The position numbers and the translations under genes were made by a program. A stretch of 64,000 nucleotides of DNA from assembly GCA_038087875.1 (NCBI GenBank), contig CM075989.1, forward strand, positions 10,356,001-10,420,000, read 5' to 3'. Positions 13,491 to 26,877 of this stretch are shown one piece after another. Source of the DNA: Malacoraja senta. Taxonomy: Eukaryota. A model generated the notes under the pieces. It saw only the letters and a list, made by a program, of their open reading frames with translations. It had not been told where the DNA came from and did no database searches. Position 1 is the first letter of the stretch; each line of letters begins with the position of its first letter.

Positions 13491-15259
13491 AGTGTGTCTG
13501 TATGGCTTAATTTCAGATAGCTGGCAGGGACGGGGATGAAATATGTGTCCAAGCAATAATGCAATGAGATTCAGAGGCAATGGCTCAATGACTTCCCAAT
13601 ATTTAGCCAGAGGGAATTTCTGCTCAGTCAAACCATCTGACAATCTGAAAAGGCAGCCAAACTGCAGTTCTCTCCTTCAGCTTCCATAGGAATAGAATCA
13701 GCTGCAAAGGGAGCACAGGTCTAAAGGCCGGATCAGACAATTTAATAGTGCCAATGCAAGAGCCTACAGATAGTTACCTGGGCACACTCAGGTTATCCAA
13801 GTCCTGCTGCTTACTGCGATTCATTGGAGGGGCCTATGTTTGGGGGTGGCAAAAAGTTAGAATAAATTACCTTTAAAAAAGAAAAAGCAAAACTAAAATC
13901 TTCAGGGTATAGCTATCGCAATACTAGAACAATAGCCGTAACAAAGCAGGAAACCTGATTGAGGCCCATACTTCCCCCAAGTAAACAATTCACAACCAAT
14001 TCAGAGAGTGCACGGCACCATAGTGGAAGTACTCAAGCCTTTATTTTTTCCACATCCCTTACCTTGATCAATCCAGCTCGCCTGGGAGACGATCTTCAAG
14101 TCTATCACAAAGCAGCTATAAAAGGTTGGAACTGGAAGCCGAACAAAACTATCGTCAGACTGTCCGGCAATTGGCACTGTCGAAGAAATCACAGGTTGCT
14201 AAGCCCCTGTTAGGCTTCCTCTCCCAAACATAGATCCATCAAGCTATTTGCAAAGAGAGGCTGTGGGTGGGGGTTTGAAGAAAAAAGGCTTTTTAAAATT
14301 TTAAAGAGGGCGAACTGCTTCCATTCTTTTGTTTCAGGTTTGCTTCACTGAAAATGGCCCTGGCATTCAGCCAGTAACGCTGCAGTCTCCCCACCACTGC
14401 AGGGTTCAAAGAACGGAAAGAAGGGTGGGGGGGTGGGGTCACTCTCCGCACAAGATGTATCAAAGTAAACAAAGTCACAGTGAGAAAGTTAATAGACTAC
14501 AGCATGCTGCTATATGCAACTGCAGCCAATTAACAGGCCACTGTCTATCGGTATCAACACAAATGGTTACATTTGGGCTGCTTCTAGCTGAAGACTCTCT
14601 TTTCATGCCTTCGAGAGAAGGGGAATTACAGAGAGTGAACACTAAAGAATCTAAAGATTTACAGTCAAGATGTCAAGAGTTGTTAAGGCACAGAGGGCCT
14701 TTCAGACCATTGTTAGAATGAAAGCAGGAGCAGAAGATGGCCTTTTGATTCCTTGCAAAATATTTGCACTCATACGAACTGTCAGGATGCCGCACAACAC
14801 TGTTACAGCTGACAAGGCATTAATTGAGTAGTCACTGTCGCAGTGTAGCAAACGAACAGCAAGATCCCACAAAACAGCAAACACTTACATATGCTTTCCT
14901 TATTGCTACACATACTCATCTATTACCATTTCAGGGCATTTCTCAAATCAAGCAGTTTAGGTTTCTTCATCTTTCTTGTGACATTCACATGGATTCCCGA
15001 TTCAGTATTGCCAGTGGCTGGGTATCCGTGTCCGAAGTAGGATCTGAATACAACCCCCCACTCCTTACCCTCACCCCCAACCATTCAAGCAGAACAAAAT
15101 TTGCAGATGCAAGAAATCGGAAATAATAAATAATAACAGAAAGTTCTGTGGATACTCAGGTCAAGCAACATCACTGGAAAGAGAAACAAAGAGTCATTGA
15201 TGCGAAACACTAATTTCTATCTCTCTACAGTAATGCTGTCTAATTTACTGAGTATTTCA

Positions 15260-15945
15260 TAAGATCATAAGTCACAGGAACAGATTTAGGCCATTCAGCC
15301 CATCGAGTCTGTACGTCATTCGATCATGGCTTATCTACTTCCCCCACTCAAACGCATTCTCCTGCCTTGCCTCCCCTCCCCCCCCCCCCATCCCATAACC
15401 TTTGATGCCCTTAATAATCAATAACCTATCAATCTCCACTTTAAATATACCCAATGACTTGGGACTCCACAGCCATCTGTGGTAATGAATTCCATATGTT
15501 TATCACCCTCTCGCTAAAGAAATTCCTCCTCAAATCCATTCTAAAAGGTATGTCCTTTTATTCTGAGAATGTCAGGTACACAAAAATGCTGGAGAAACTC
15601 AGCGGGTGCAGTAGCATCTATGGAGCGAAGGAAATAGGCAACTTTTCGGGCCGAAACCCTTCTTCAGACCTTGGCTGTGGAGACCCAAGTCATTGGGTAT
15701 ATGTAAAGCGGAGATTGATAGGTTATTGATTATTGAGGGCATCAAAGGTATGAAGAAGGGTTTCGGCCCGAAACGTTGCCTATTTCCTTCGCTCCATTGA
15801 TGCTGCTGCACCCGCTGAGTTTCTCCAGCATTTTTGTGTACCTGGGATTTTCCAGCATCTGCAGTTCCTTCTTACACAATATTCTGAGAATGTGCCCTCC
15901 GGTCTTAGACACTCCCACTACTGAAAATATCCTCTCCCCATCTAG
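15260..15945 (-). mobile_element. CR1-type LINE 3' fragment interrupted by a composite insertion
   Basis: Reverse-complement CR1 tail (ggccattcagcccatcgagtct...atcatggct; aaattcctcctc). Interrupted at a duplicated tattctgagaatgt. Confidence 0.75.
15573..15879. mobile_element. Composite insertion: two inverted copies of the hammerhead-motif mini-element around an ~80-bp inverted local copy
   Basis: Arms 15573-15669 (-) and 15751-15877 (+); 14-bp TSD tattctgagaatgt at 15559-15572 and 15880-15893. Confidence 0.85.
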
Positions 15946-16644
15946 TATTTAGTGCATATATTCTGCTTCCATAAAGGTTTGATAGATACTGGAAACTGAT
16001 CTGTGAGCACAATGGGGTACAGCACAGTTGAATGAAGGTAAAAACATAACTTTTACAATGCAGCAAACCTAGGAATAAAAGTCACCCTCATTACCAGTGT
16101 GAGATCTCACTCACCCAGGTGTGACCCGACAAGAATAACCAAATGCAGCAGCCAATTAAAGGAACATTTTGACATTTTAAGGCTCTTTAGTCCCACGGAG
16201 GAGAGATGATGGTAAAAACACACATATCCTTTTCGGCCTGAAGTATGGTGTTGATAGTTGGATATAGTTCTTTGGGGAAACATACTATATTATTGTCCAC
16301 GGAAATGTACCGAAGATATGTACATACAAAATGCGCAGGCTCATTATACATTACTATTGGATAGAGAACCAATGAGCAACTCATTTAAGACAATGATACA
16401 ATTAGTTACCCCTTTCATTTCATCTTACACTTTAGCCATATAATAATGAAGTCTGAAGAATGGTCCCAACCTGAAATATCACCTATAAATTTTCTCCAGA
16501 GATCTGCCTGGACCTGCTGAGTTTAGCATTTTGTGCTTATCCTTAATAATGAAATAAGACAAGTAATTACATTGCTCCAAGTGAGTATTTCCCACAGAGA
16601 TAACTCATTGGATTATGGTCCTCAGAATGGAGATCACTTTTGGA

Positions 16645-17530
16645 TCTATCTATATCTATATATCTATATACAAAACTAAAACTCTCATCTTGTTATCCTC
16701 CGGTTTGCGTTGTTTTTACATTTGCACAAAAACGGTAAATGATAGCGCTATGATTTTTCGCCACCTTACTCACCGTTGTCCTGTGCTGCAAATGCACCAC
16801 GTTTTGTTCCGATCGGTGGTATATTTGAAAAGTTATTAAGGTTTAAAAATCTTAAAATAAGCAAATGCGCAGATTGGTCCCCTTTCCTGTCAGTCACAGC
16901 CGGGACAGCGACATCTCTTCCTGCACCATCAGCGCACTGATTGGGTGCGTCCGCTGTCAGTCACAGGCGGCACCCACCTCTGCCTCCGGTCAAGGCAATC
17001 TCGAGATCCTGGGGAGGTGAGGAGGCAGAGTGGTGGAATTGAGGGAGATGAGGGGATAGAGAAGGAGAGGGGGGAAGGTGGGGGAGGCGAGGAGGGAGAG
17101 TGGGGAGGAGGGAGAGTGGGGAGGAGGGAGAGTGGGGAGGAGGGAGAGTGGGGAGGAGGGAGAGTGGGGAGGAGGGAGGAGGGAGAGTGGGGAGGAGGGA
17201 GGAGGGAGAGTGGGGAGGAGGGAGAGTGGGGAGGAGGGGGGGATAGAGGGAGAGGAAGTGGGTAGGGAGGGGAGAGGAGTTATGGAGGCAGGGAGTGACT
17301 GAGGGTAGGGGAAAGGACAGGGAGGGAGAGGTGAGGGAGGAATTGGGGAGGGGAGGAGGAGAGGGGAAATAAGAGGGAGGGTGAAGAGGAAGGGGATGAG
17401 AGGAAATGAACCGCGCCTGCGCAGTTAGGGGCTATGGGTGAGTGGTGGAATATTGCGTTGGGGGAACGGGTTGCGTTGGGGGATCTGGCCTCCCGTGTGA
17501 CAGGGGCCCAATGAGTCCCACTTAGTCTAG
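16645..17530 (+). mobile_element. Non-autonomous Helitron-like element
   Basis: 5' A|TCTAT...; 3' hairpin ggggcccaatgagtccc (17503-17519) followed by CTAG|T at 17527-17531; no TSD; related copy at 20672. Confidence 0.7.
17010..17405 (+). repeat. Purine-rich minisatellite (GGGGAGGAGGGAGAGT units)
   Basis: Directly visible tandem 16-mers and G/A-only tracts. Confidence 0.9.
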
Positions 17531-19030
17531 TAAAAGATTAAAACTCTACCAGACTAGTCAAACCAAAAACGCTTTGGAATTAAAGAATCTCGTCACAGCA
17601 GGCAGCATGTACCCACACTAACCCAGCATTGGAGGAGGAGCCCGTATTTGTGCAGGAAAATAGGCTAAAATGTGATCAATGCATTGAAGCTTAGTCAATC
17701 AGAAGAGCTTTTTGGTCAGCCAAAATTATGAACCATTAGCTTAACTCAACAATTTCTATTTTCATGCCCAGCCTGGTACCCTAGCTGTACATTAGGGGCA
17801 TAACTTCATGAAAATTGTTAACGGACTGAGATAGTGAGAGACAGCAGAGATCATTTAACCCAGTCTGGTGATCATTCGAAATGCAATCTTCAGGCAAAGG
17901 AAGATGTTGGACATTGATCCTTGGAATTTCAATGAATGCCAGATTGAAGGCTATGTGGTCACTAATCAGGTGAAATCAGACAACCTTTAGACACGATTTC
18001 CCCAAAACTGCAGGAATTGTCTTTTTAATCCCAATTTAGCAAAATCAACAAGCACCAACCAAATTATGTTGAGGAAATAGCAAAGAGAAAGCAAAAATCC
18101 AACTGTAACCTTTATGTGGACTCTCCACGCAATTAGAAATTGAGTCACTATGGGTTTTCAGATACTTCAATCAATACTGGCAAGTGATTGGAATTAAATA
18201 TTATTGGGAATATAGCAGCATCTAATTCTGATGCCCTCCAAGATGGTTAGAAAAGAATGGAACATTACCCAGCGGGAGTCAATTTGAGGTGGCGGGGCAA
18301 AGGCATAGTTAAGAAGAGGGATGGGCATGCAACCTGTGGCATGCTTGACATTGGAGTGTGCAAATCTCACGGACGTAGAGTCTGAAACAGGACTGTCCCA
18401 TACATCCATACATGGATATCCTCTAACGTGAGAAGCACAACACAAATGGTTGTGTGATTTTTTTTTTTTTTTTAATAATTCTTTTTTTTATTTATTTTTT
18501 AATAGCTCCTATGCTATGATAGTTTACACTGGGCTGTTTCTGGGAAAGCAACTCCATTGAAGGGCTGTAAGCAGCTGTGTTTAATTGTGCCTGGGGTGCT
18601 TAGTTTTTTTTGATTTACTGCTTTAAAAAAACGCTCCATTGCAATGTATAATTGTGTTGGGCGAGTTGCCTGCAGACAGGGAGGAGACCACAATATTAAT
18701 TCTGAGCAGCTGACATTGACTTCTCCCTCGCGCTCCCTTTCCTGCTCCCTCATTAACATAATACATGGAAAAACATTCCAAGAAGCAGGGCAAACAAAAC
18801 GTTATTGGGAAGACGAGCCCATTCATCTCGCTGAAGCTTTAATGAGCCTCCTAGAATATCTCATATTTAGCAATTTAGTTTTGGAGTCTTCAAAAATATG
18901 AAATATTTTTCTTGAAACACAGGCAGATTATTTCAAACTTTTTTCAAGTAAAGAGTTCTTTCTGGCAATTGCCTTGAATTTTGTCCTCATTAAATTATCT
19001 CCTTTTTTATTCCTACCTTCCTGGATCAAT

Positions 19031-19320
19031 CACAGAGGCGCAGCTGGTAGAGACCCGTATGCGACATTGAATGCTGTCTGTGCGGAGTTTGCATATTCTC
19101 CCTGTGATCGCATGGGTTTTCTCCATGTGCTCTGGTTTCACCCATATCCCAAAGATGTATGGATGTTTAGTTTATATAAATCGCCCCTAGTTTGTCAGCA
19201 GTAGGAAAGTGGGATAACAGTGAACAAGTGTCAACAGATGATCAATGGTCGGCGTGCTCAGTGGCCCGAAGGACCCGTTTCCGGGCTGTATCTCAAAATT
19301 AAACTAAAACTAAACAAACT
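19031..19320 (+). mobile_element. V-SINE (HE1-like), diverged
   Basis: ggcgcagctggtaga...tgctgtctgtgcggagtttgcatattctccc...gaaggacccgtttcc...ctaaactaaac tail. Confidence 0.75.
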
Positions 19321-19654
19321 TTGAAACTATTTTGAGTTTAATCTTGCTATCAGGTAGGTTTGTAACAGACCAAAGGAAAAACCTTGCACAGCAAAAAGTG
19401 TTATCTGAAATGTTACCAATGGAGTTCATCCTATTAGATATAAAACCCTTTTTACATGAGTTTCACCATTTCAATAAAAACACACATTTATAATCAAATC
19501 TAGAAAAATGTCCCAGAACACCTCAGAGCATTGGGAAAAAACACCATTACCAAGAAACTTTCTCAGGCAACTGGGAGCTCAGTAATGGAGTTGATAGAGG
19601 GGTGAAAAGAAGGAAGGACATGGAGAGTGAATGGGTACCAGAGTGCACTTTCTT

Positions 19655-20110
19655 AGAATCAGTAATCTGGAAGGAGTGCAGAGAAGATTTACAAGGATGT
19701 TGCCAGAGATTGGGCATTTTAGGACTTTAGTCCTTGAAGCACAGAAGACGGAGGAGTAATCGTATACAAAATCATGAGGGTATAGATAAGGTGAATGCAC
19801 AGAATATTTTTCCACGGGTGGAGGAATCAAGGAGAGGACAGGTTTAAGGTGAGAGGACAAAAATTTAATAGGAACCCGAGGGGCCCGTTTTTCCATAGAT
19901 GGGTGATGGGTATATGGAATGAGCAGTCAGATGGGATAGTTGAAACAGGTACTGCAGCAGCATTTTAAAAGACATTTGAACACTTCCATGACTAGGAAAG
20001 GTTTAGAGGAATACGGGCCAAATGCAGGCAAATACGACCAGCTAAGATGGGGCACCTTGGTCGGCATGGATGTTAGACCAAAGGGCAGGTTTCTACAATG
20101 TATGACTCCA
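19655..20110 (+). mobile_element. CR1-type LINE 3' fragment
   Basis: ggagtgcagagaagatttacaaggatgttgcc...atgggtatatggaatgagc...tatgactc tail. Confidence 0.75.
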
Positions 20111-20401
20111 ATCCACCTCCTTAAAAAGAGGGCCAGTTCTTCGAGAGTTTATTTGGTCTATTGAGCCTGTGATAGTGCTTTCCAAGTGCAGTCTATACTT
20201 GTGCATCATGTCTTGATGTTCACAAGCTCATTAAATGACCGGGACAAGATTAAAAAATGAACCTGCGTTGCTACTGCTTATACTAAACACCACAATTAAG
20301 TACTAGCACCATCTAGTAGCTTTGACAACCCAGATAGCCACACATGGCCAATAAATGATTTGTATGCTGGGAAGGTGTAAACGGAACTCTCATTATATGT
20401 G

Positions 20402-20498
20402 GTACACAAAAATGCTGGAGAAACTCAGCGGGTGCAGCAGCATCTATGGAGCGAAGGAAATAGGCAACGTTTCGGGCCGAAACCCTTCTCCTGTCACG
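20402..20498 (-). mobile_element. Hammerhead-motif mini-element (Penelope-derived), young copy
   Basis: Near-identical to 35966-36060 in reverse; 14-bp TSD tctcattatatgtg at 20388-20401 and 20499-20512. Confidence 0.85.
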
Positions 20499-20671
20499 TC
20501 TCATTATATGTGACCTTGATCCTTAGAAATGGGGAGGAACATGGAAGGCCACGAAAACATTCTATAACCATGTTCTGTGTGTTCATTAAGTAGCTGTGTC
20601 AATAATATTGCCTTTCCCGTTCACCATGCCACTCCACCAACTCCTGTGTCCCTTCCAAGTACTTGCATCAA

Positions 20672-21255
20672 TCTATCTATACATAACTAAAGCTCAGATC
20701 TTGTTATCTTCCGCTTTGTGCAGTCATTCTATTAGCGCAAAAACGGTTTGCGTTCGCGCTACGATCTTCGCCAGCTTACTCGCCGTTCTCCTGAGCTGCA
20801 ATTGCACAAAGTTTTGTTCCGATCGGTGGTCTAATATAAAAGTTGGCGAGGTTTGAAAAATCTTAAAAACAGCGCGTGCGCAGATCGATCTCCTCTCGTG
20901 TCGTCCAGCACCACGTCTACTGGTCTTTTCTCCTGTCACTTGCCCCATCCGCCCTTTCCTGCGCCATTGCGTCTTTACTGAGCTGAGGGAGGCTCTGGAT
21001 GGCCAGCGGACGTCTCCAACTGGACACAATTTTTGGAGGGAGATTGCGTCGGAGACCCGACCCGAAGCAGCCCAGCGTCGGAGACCAGGCTCAGCTTCGG
21101 AGATGTCGCCAAACGGAAAGCGGAGTCTCTGATCCTGGCGGAGTAGAATGACCAGCGCCCGCTGTGAGTCCCCATCGCAATGTCAGCTCCAGCCCCTTCC
21201 CCTCTGGACCCCCTTGCTGGCTCCATCCCCCACACCCCCCCCTCCCCCATCCCCC
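20672..21255 (+). mobile_element. Helitron-like element, 5' part (3' end not recognisable)
   Basis: First ~220 bp homologous to the element at 16645 (tctat...actaaa...atcttgttatc..ttttgttccgatcggtggt...tgcgcagat). Confidence 0.6.
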
Positions 21256-22609
21256 ATGTGCTGCCGGAACATTCAGGCTCCACTCTCCAAAACATTGTAA
21301 AAATGTTCTTAGTTTTGTCATTTGGCCTGTGTGTGGAGCCAAGACCAACAATACCCAATACCAATCAGAGGAGGGGCAAACACACATGCATTTGTGGATC
21401 CGATTTTAAATGCCTGCAGACTGTAGGGAAAATGCAAAATCAAGAGACACACATAGTGCTTTGCAGTTGAGATCTTGGCAGAGAAAAAAGTTTCTCGAGA
21501 TCTGTCCCCAACGTCAGACTCCGTCATCTTCTAATTCAATTTCTTTTACTCCACTGAAGCCAAACTTCTCTGGATAATCCCAACACTGTACCTATTGCTT
21601 CTAAAATGTTCAAATCCCTTAGTCTATCACAGCAATGTTTCATTATATCTCTTCCCCTAGTGTTCAAGAATAAGAAATTGCCCTTTTATTTAAAGCAAAG
21701 ATTAATTTTATTTGATTCTAACCTAGTTCATGGTAAAGGTAGCTGCAACTGAGACAAAGAGCATAGAGGGCATAAAGTTTGACTGCCATGGTTGGCATTC
21801 AGAGAACCAGTATCAAATTTACTACCCACAATTACCAGAATAGTAGTAGATGTCAACCATTACCCTGCCTTCAATGCCTATCCATTGAATAGGATTTATT
21901 CGGGCAATAATGATTTACCAGGGTTCCAAGGACCGATTATTAAAGCTGGAATCTTTGAGACGCAAAAGATTGGTGGATCATATTCAGATTCAATTTACTG
22001 TTATATACAGCAGGGTGCAATGAAATTCCTTCATAGAGTACACAGTATATAGTGATAGACACACATACAAACAGCAGAGTACAAAGTGTATAGTTTATTC
22101 ATAAATAGATACGAGAAGAATGGATTTCACAGAAAGTGAAAAAGTGGTAATACTGCACTGACATCTGATTGCATCCACATGGAAACTAACTCTTCAATGT
22201 ATACATAAAAGTTTACCACTGATATTAGGGAGGGACGGTTCCCTACAGCGGAAGTATTTTATTGGAGGCTGTTAAGGAATTCATTAACTAAGAAAAAGCT
22301 TGCAAACTAGTTGAAGATCTCAAAAGATGAAAACAAAAGAGATCTAATCTTTGTAGAAATGGTTTTCATGAATGAATTCAATAACCATTACCCTTACTGG
22401 CTCCAGTTTACTGGTGTGCCTCATAGAGGTTACTATGATGAATTTGCTCAAGTAGTTAGCGTAAATCACAGTGCAAACTCAAGCTTCTCCTTTGAAGCAC
22501 GCCATGGGCAAAGAGTCAAAAGGCCTCTGCTGATAACATCACATAATAACTCACCCGTCCTAGATCCCAGTGTGCACAGAGCTCACAGTCCTGATGTTAT
22601 CTATTGCGA

Positions 22610-22762
22610 ATGAGAGAGATAGACATAGAGTAGGAGAGAGAGAGAAAGAGAGAGACACACACACACACACACACAGAGTTGGACTGAGAGCCAGAGAGCA
22701 AGACAGAGAGAGGCAGTGAGAGAGCGAGACACACACACACACACAGAAAGAGACAGAGAGAA
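22610..22762. repeat. Compound (GA)n/(CA)n microsatellite
   Basis: Directly visible. Confidence 0.9.
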
Positions 22763-25700
22763 TAAAAAAGATGGATGGTTGGGGCAAATGCCAGAGATGA
22801 GGAATTGGAACAAGGAGAATGGGCAAGATAAAGGGGACGGCTGCAATTCAAAAGGATGGAGAGGGATGCATCAGGAAGGTACAAGCTAATATTAATTGAC
22901 GTTTCTGTGGAACACAGCACGATCAGAAAGACCTAAAATAGACAAGGTAAACAAGTTTCTTTGCACTTGCTCTGTGGGGACATTCCTACTCTATTTCAGG
23001 TTTCCAGCATCTGCAGGTTTTTTTACTGACACTGTTCCTTGTGTTATTTCTATAACTGACCATATTCATAGCTTCCTTTTAAATTTGAAAATACATGTTT
23101 GAAAGTAGAAATACTTATCTAAAAAGTGTAATAAATATGCATTTAAACCAGTATTTGCATTTATCTATGAGGTTTTCCCAAGCGAATAGCCTTCTGGCCT
23201 GATGCATCTCTGATCAAATTCCAAATGTCAAGAGTCAGTCAGCCACTCCAGTGCTGAAAAGGGTTTAGGACGTGCCAGCTTTACTGCCCTCCTTTTCATC
23301 CTCCCTGATGCTTCGTTGCACTTATTAGTGGAAGAGTGACTCAGAAAGGGAACAAGATGATTTCTTGTTGGAGTTACTGCCTAGGCAGTATTCCCTCACG
23401 TCCTCTGGGAAAATCCCAAGTTGCCGGTGCAGGTGCTGAGCTCAGAGTTACACCTTCCAAGTGCACAGTTACTGAGCAAGAAGCAAGGAGATAGTCAAGG
23501 CTCCAGCTGGTGCATACTATTTAATGACTCCTGGAGAAAATGCAGGTGCACTATGAGCATGATAAGACCATTATTAATAATATGCTTCTTTCTCAGCAGT
23601 CCCTTGGGATCAATCACTCTGGTTTTGTGGGTTCAGAGATGAACAATAAGACAAATGTTGGAAGTGCAGATTCTTCCAGATAAAGGGCTAGAATAGTCTA
23701 CGAGGTGGTGACCTCCTTCCTCTTGTACTCCCAATGTATGGCCTGCAGGTTCGCAATACTCTACCGAATGCTCCTTTGTCACTGAGTGACCACTGGTCAG
23801 AGATTCCCAAGAGTCAATGAATTTATTTTCTACATATCCGGTCATCTCTTCTGATGACATGACTGGGAAAAGTGTATTTGTTTCAAGAATCTGGTGCTGC
23901 ACAAGAAAACAATATGGCCTGTCTAATGTGGCCAGCTGAGTATGATTGGGATGTTAGCCAGGAGAAGATACTGAAGTCTTTTACTTGGCCTTCCAGTGAA
24001 TTGGGAGGATTTTGCAGAACTTGTGTTGGTGGCATTTTTCCAATACCTGTAGATAACTCAAGTCTCAGAAGTGAGAAGGTATATAAACTCAGCTGCATGG
24101 GTGGGGTAACAGAGGTCAACACTTTTAATAAACGAAGGGGCATTAGCACAGATACAAAAAATAAAGATACTAGTTTAACGCTAGCCCTTTTTTAAATATG
24201 GGGGTGGAATTTAAAGTTGTTTTGTGTAACATTCTGGAAGTACTTCAATGTACAATTCTGGCTGTTGAACTTCAGAAAAGTTTAAACTTTTGAAAAGAGA
24301 ACAGTTCAGATTTACCCAAATATTACCAAATCCTCAAGGGTTAAATATAAGGCAATATTTGACAATTTAAGTTAGAGAACAGTTTATTGAAGTTATTTTT
24401 AAGACTTTGATTTGAGTTGCAGGACATAGATGTTTTGGTATCGTGCTGGTATCTGCAGATGACTTACTCTTCCATCCCAACATTGGGAAAGGCAAGATCC
24501 TCTAAACAACCAGGAAGAGCATCAATGTAATGTCAATGGGTGAGGGGTAGGAAATGTGGAATTGGAAAGCTTGGCTGGTTTCCTACAAACCAGTGAAATA
24601 TTTTAATGGAAATGTTTTTATTTCACAGCATTATGAAAGAGTACTTGGAAGCAACAAAACATTGGATGTCCAGCGTTGCAGGAATTTAGCAATTGGACAG
24701 TGCATAAGCCACCCAACAAAAGACTCAATTCTTCTAAAGACATGACATCAGCTCACCACTCTTCCCCAGCCTTGCCCACAACTCAAAGGAGTGAAAAATC
24801 AGTGGAATTCAAATTCAACAATTCAAATTCCATTTAAAAGGCTTGCATGCGATTTCAGTTCCATGAAAATAACACTATTCATCTGAGGACTTGGGTGGTA
24901 GTGTTAGGGGGTGGGGATAGTTGGTGGCATGAGGGTAGACAAATGGATGAAAGCCAAGAACAGACAGAAAAAATATACGCAGGAGGGAGAGAGAGTGCCA
25001 TACACAGGAGGTAGAGACAGAAACAAAAAAAAGTGTCAAATATGCAGAGGAGAGAAACAGGGAAAGGAAAATAGAGAACAACACAAAAAGAGAGTGAAAG
25101 AAAACCGTTGCACACAAAGAGTTAAAATGAGCCCCTGGCTTAATGCACAGAATAGGTCAGTTTGAAAACTCAAGACTCCTATCCTGTGCACCGGGTCTGT
25201 CTGCTGGGAGAGCATCAATCACCCAGCCTTGCTGTTAGTAGTTTCAGTATCCGAACTTGCACGGTTGGGAGACAAGTATCCGATTTCATGGAGACTGCAC
25301 TCCATTTTAATCGGTATATTGTTTTTGTTAAACATTTCCATTACAGAAAACCTCCCAAATTTTTTGTTTTAAGATCATAGCAGATAACAAGTCACATACT
25401 ATTTCTCGGTCTGTGAAATGTAATAAATTCTACATGGCTTGGGTAGACTAGTAACAGAAAAAAAAACAAAGTCTTGACTCGAGTTCAAAGGACGAAAATG
25501 TAAGAAAAAGTTAAGTGCTGTTCAGCTGCAATATAATTGCAAATAGAAAATGATTCTAATTATGGCCGGCTCCAAAAGGATTTTGTCCTTCTTTGCACCT
25601 CTCCCTCTGCAAAGGTTTATAACTAAACTTGGCTAAAAGATCAAGGAAAGAAATGGGCAAACAGATATTTTATTAGCATTTGTTGAATTGGCTGACTCCT

Positions 25701-26551
25701 GTCCCAATACCAAAACTCACTGGCAGGGACCTTCGCTAATTTATTTCAAAGCAAGCGGTTACATCTGTATGTGGTTAATGAAACAGAAAAATGCTCTCTG
25801 GGTTGGGAACTTTACGTCTGATCAGTTTTCTCACCAAACTTTACACCCAAGGGCGTCAACATACATCTGCTGCATGGCCCTTATTTCCATTTGAGAAGCT
25901 AGGTAGGAAGTGTATAGGTGCTTTGCCACAGTGGGGTCCACAACTTTGTGGGGGTTACCAGGACAGAATGTCCTCCAATTCATATTTATATTCTATCTTT
26001 ATGATAATATAGTGAATAGTTATTGGACCGATATAGTGAATCTGTTAATATATGAAAGGATAATTAGGACAACTGACAAAAAGTCTGGACAAGGTTTTTG
26101 GTTTAAAGGGGGAAAGTAATGCAGAGAGGTTTAGTGAGGGAATTCCTGAACTGGGGCCCAGGGAACTGAAGACAAGGCCACCAATAATAATGAGCTTAAA
26201 ATTGAACAGATTAGGGTTGGATGAAGTTAACAGAAAGGAAGGGCACGAGGCCAAAGCAGGATTTGGAAACATGAAGTAAAAATAGTAAAAGTAATCAGGG
26301 GCTTCTGGATACAAAACCTAAGAAAATGAGAAAAGACAGGGGAACAAGTGAATGGGAATCAGAGTCCTACAAGGAACCCTGCCTCAAAGAGTGCTGAGCT
26401 AGAAGAGGCGACGGCAATGTCATCACACTGCAACTGAAAGGGGGAAAAAGGCTTTGGATGGGGCCTTTCCCTCTAATCTCATGGATTTTGAAGACAAACG
26501 GAACCATCTCAGGACTGCTGTGGCACTGTATTGGAGTCTACTGGAACACAA

Positions 26552-26877
26552 GGGTGGCATGGTGGCACAGTGGTAGAGTTGCTGCCTTACAGCGCCAGAG
26601 ACCCGGGTTCGATCCTGACTCAGGGTGCTGTCTGTATGGAGTTTGTACGTTCTCCCCATGACTGCGTGCGGTTTCTACGAGATCTTAGGTTTCCGCCCAC
26701 ACTCCATAGAGGTATGGGTTTGTAGGTTAATTGGCTTGGGTTTGTATACTTGGCATAAGTGTAATTCGTCCCTAGTGTGTGTAAGCTTGTGTTAATGTGC
26801 GGGGATCGCTGGTCGGTTCGGACTCGGTGGGCCGAAGGGCCTGTTCCCGCGCTGAATCTCTAAACAAAAAACTAAAC
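26552..26877 (+). mobile_element. Full-length tRNA-derived V-SINE (HE1-like)
   Basis: A box GTGGCACAGTGG, B box GGTTCGATCC, V domain gtctgtatggagtttgtacgttctcccc, CR1-type tail gggccgaagggcctgtt...ctaaac. Confidence 0.9.

Noticed and set aside
16945..17302. Gly/Glu/Arg-rich ORFs
   Set aside because: Translation of a purine minisatellite.
22560..22920. CV/SL-rich ORFs
   Set aside because: Translation of a microsatellite.
26552..26625. tRNA gene
   Set aside because: A/B boxes continue into the V domain and LINE tail, so this is a SINE head.
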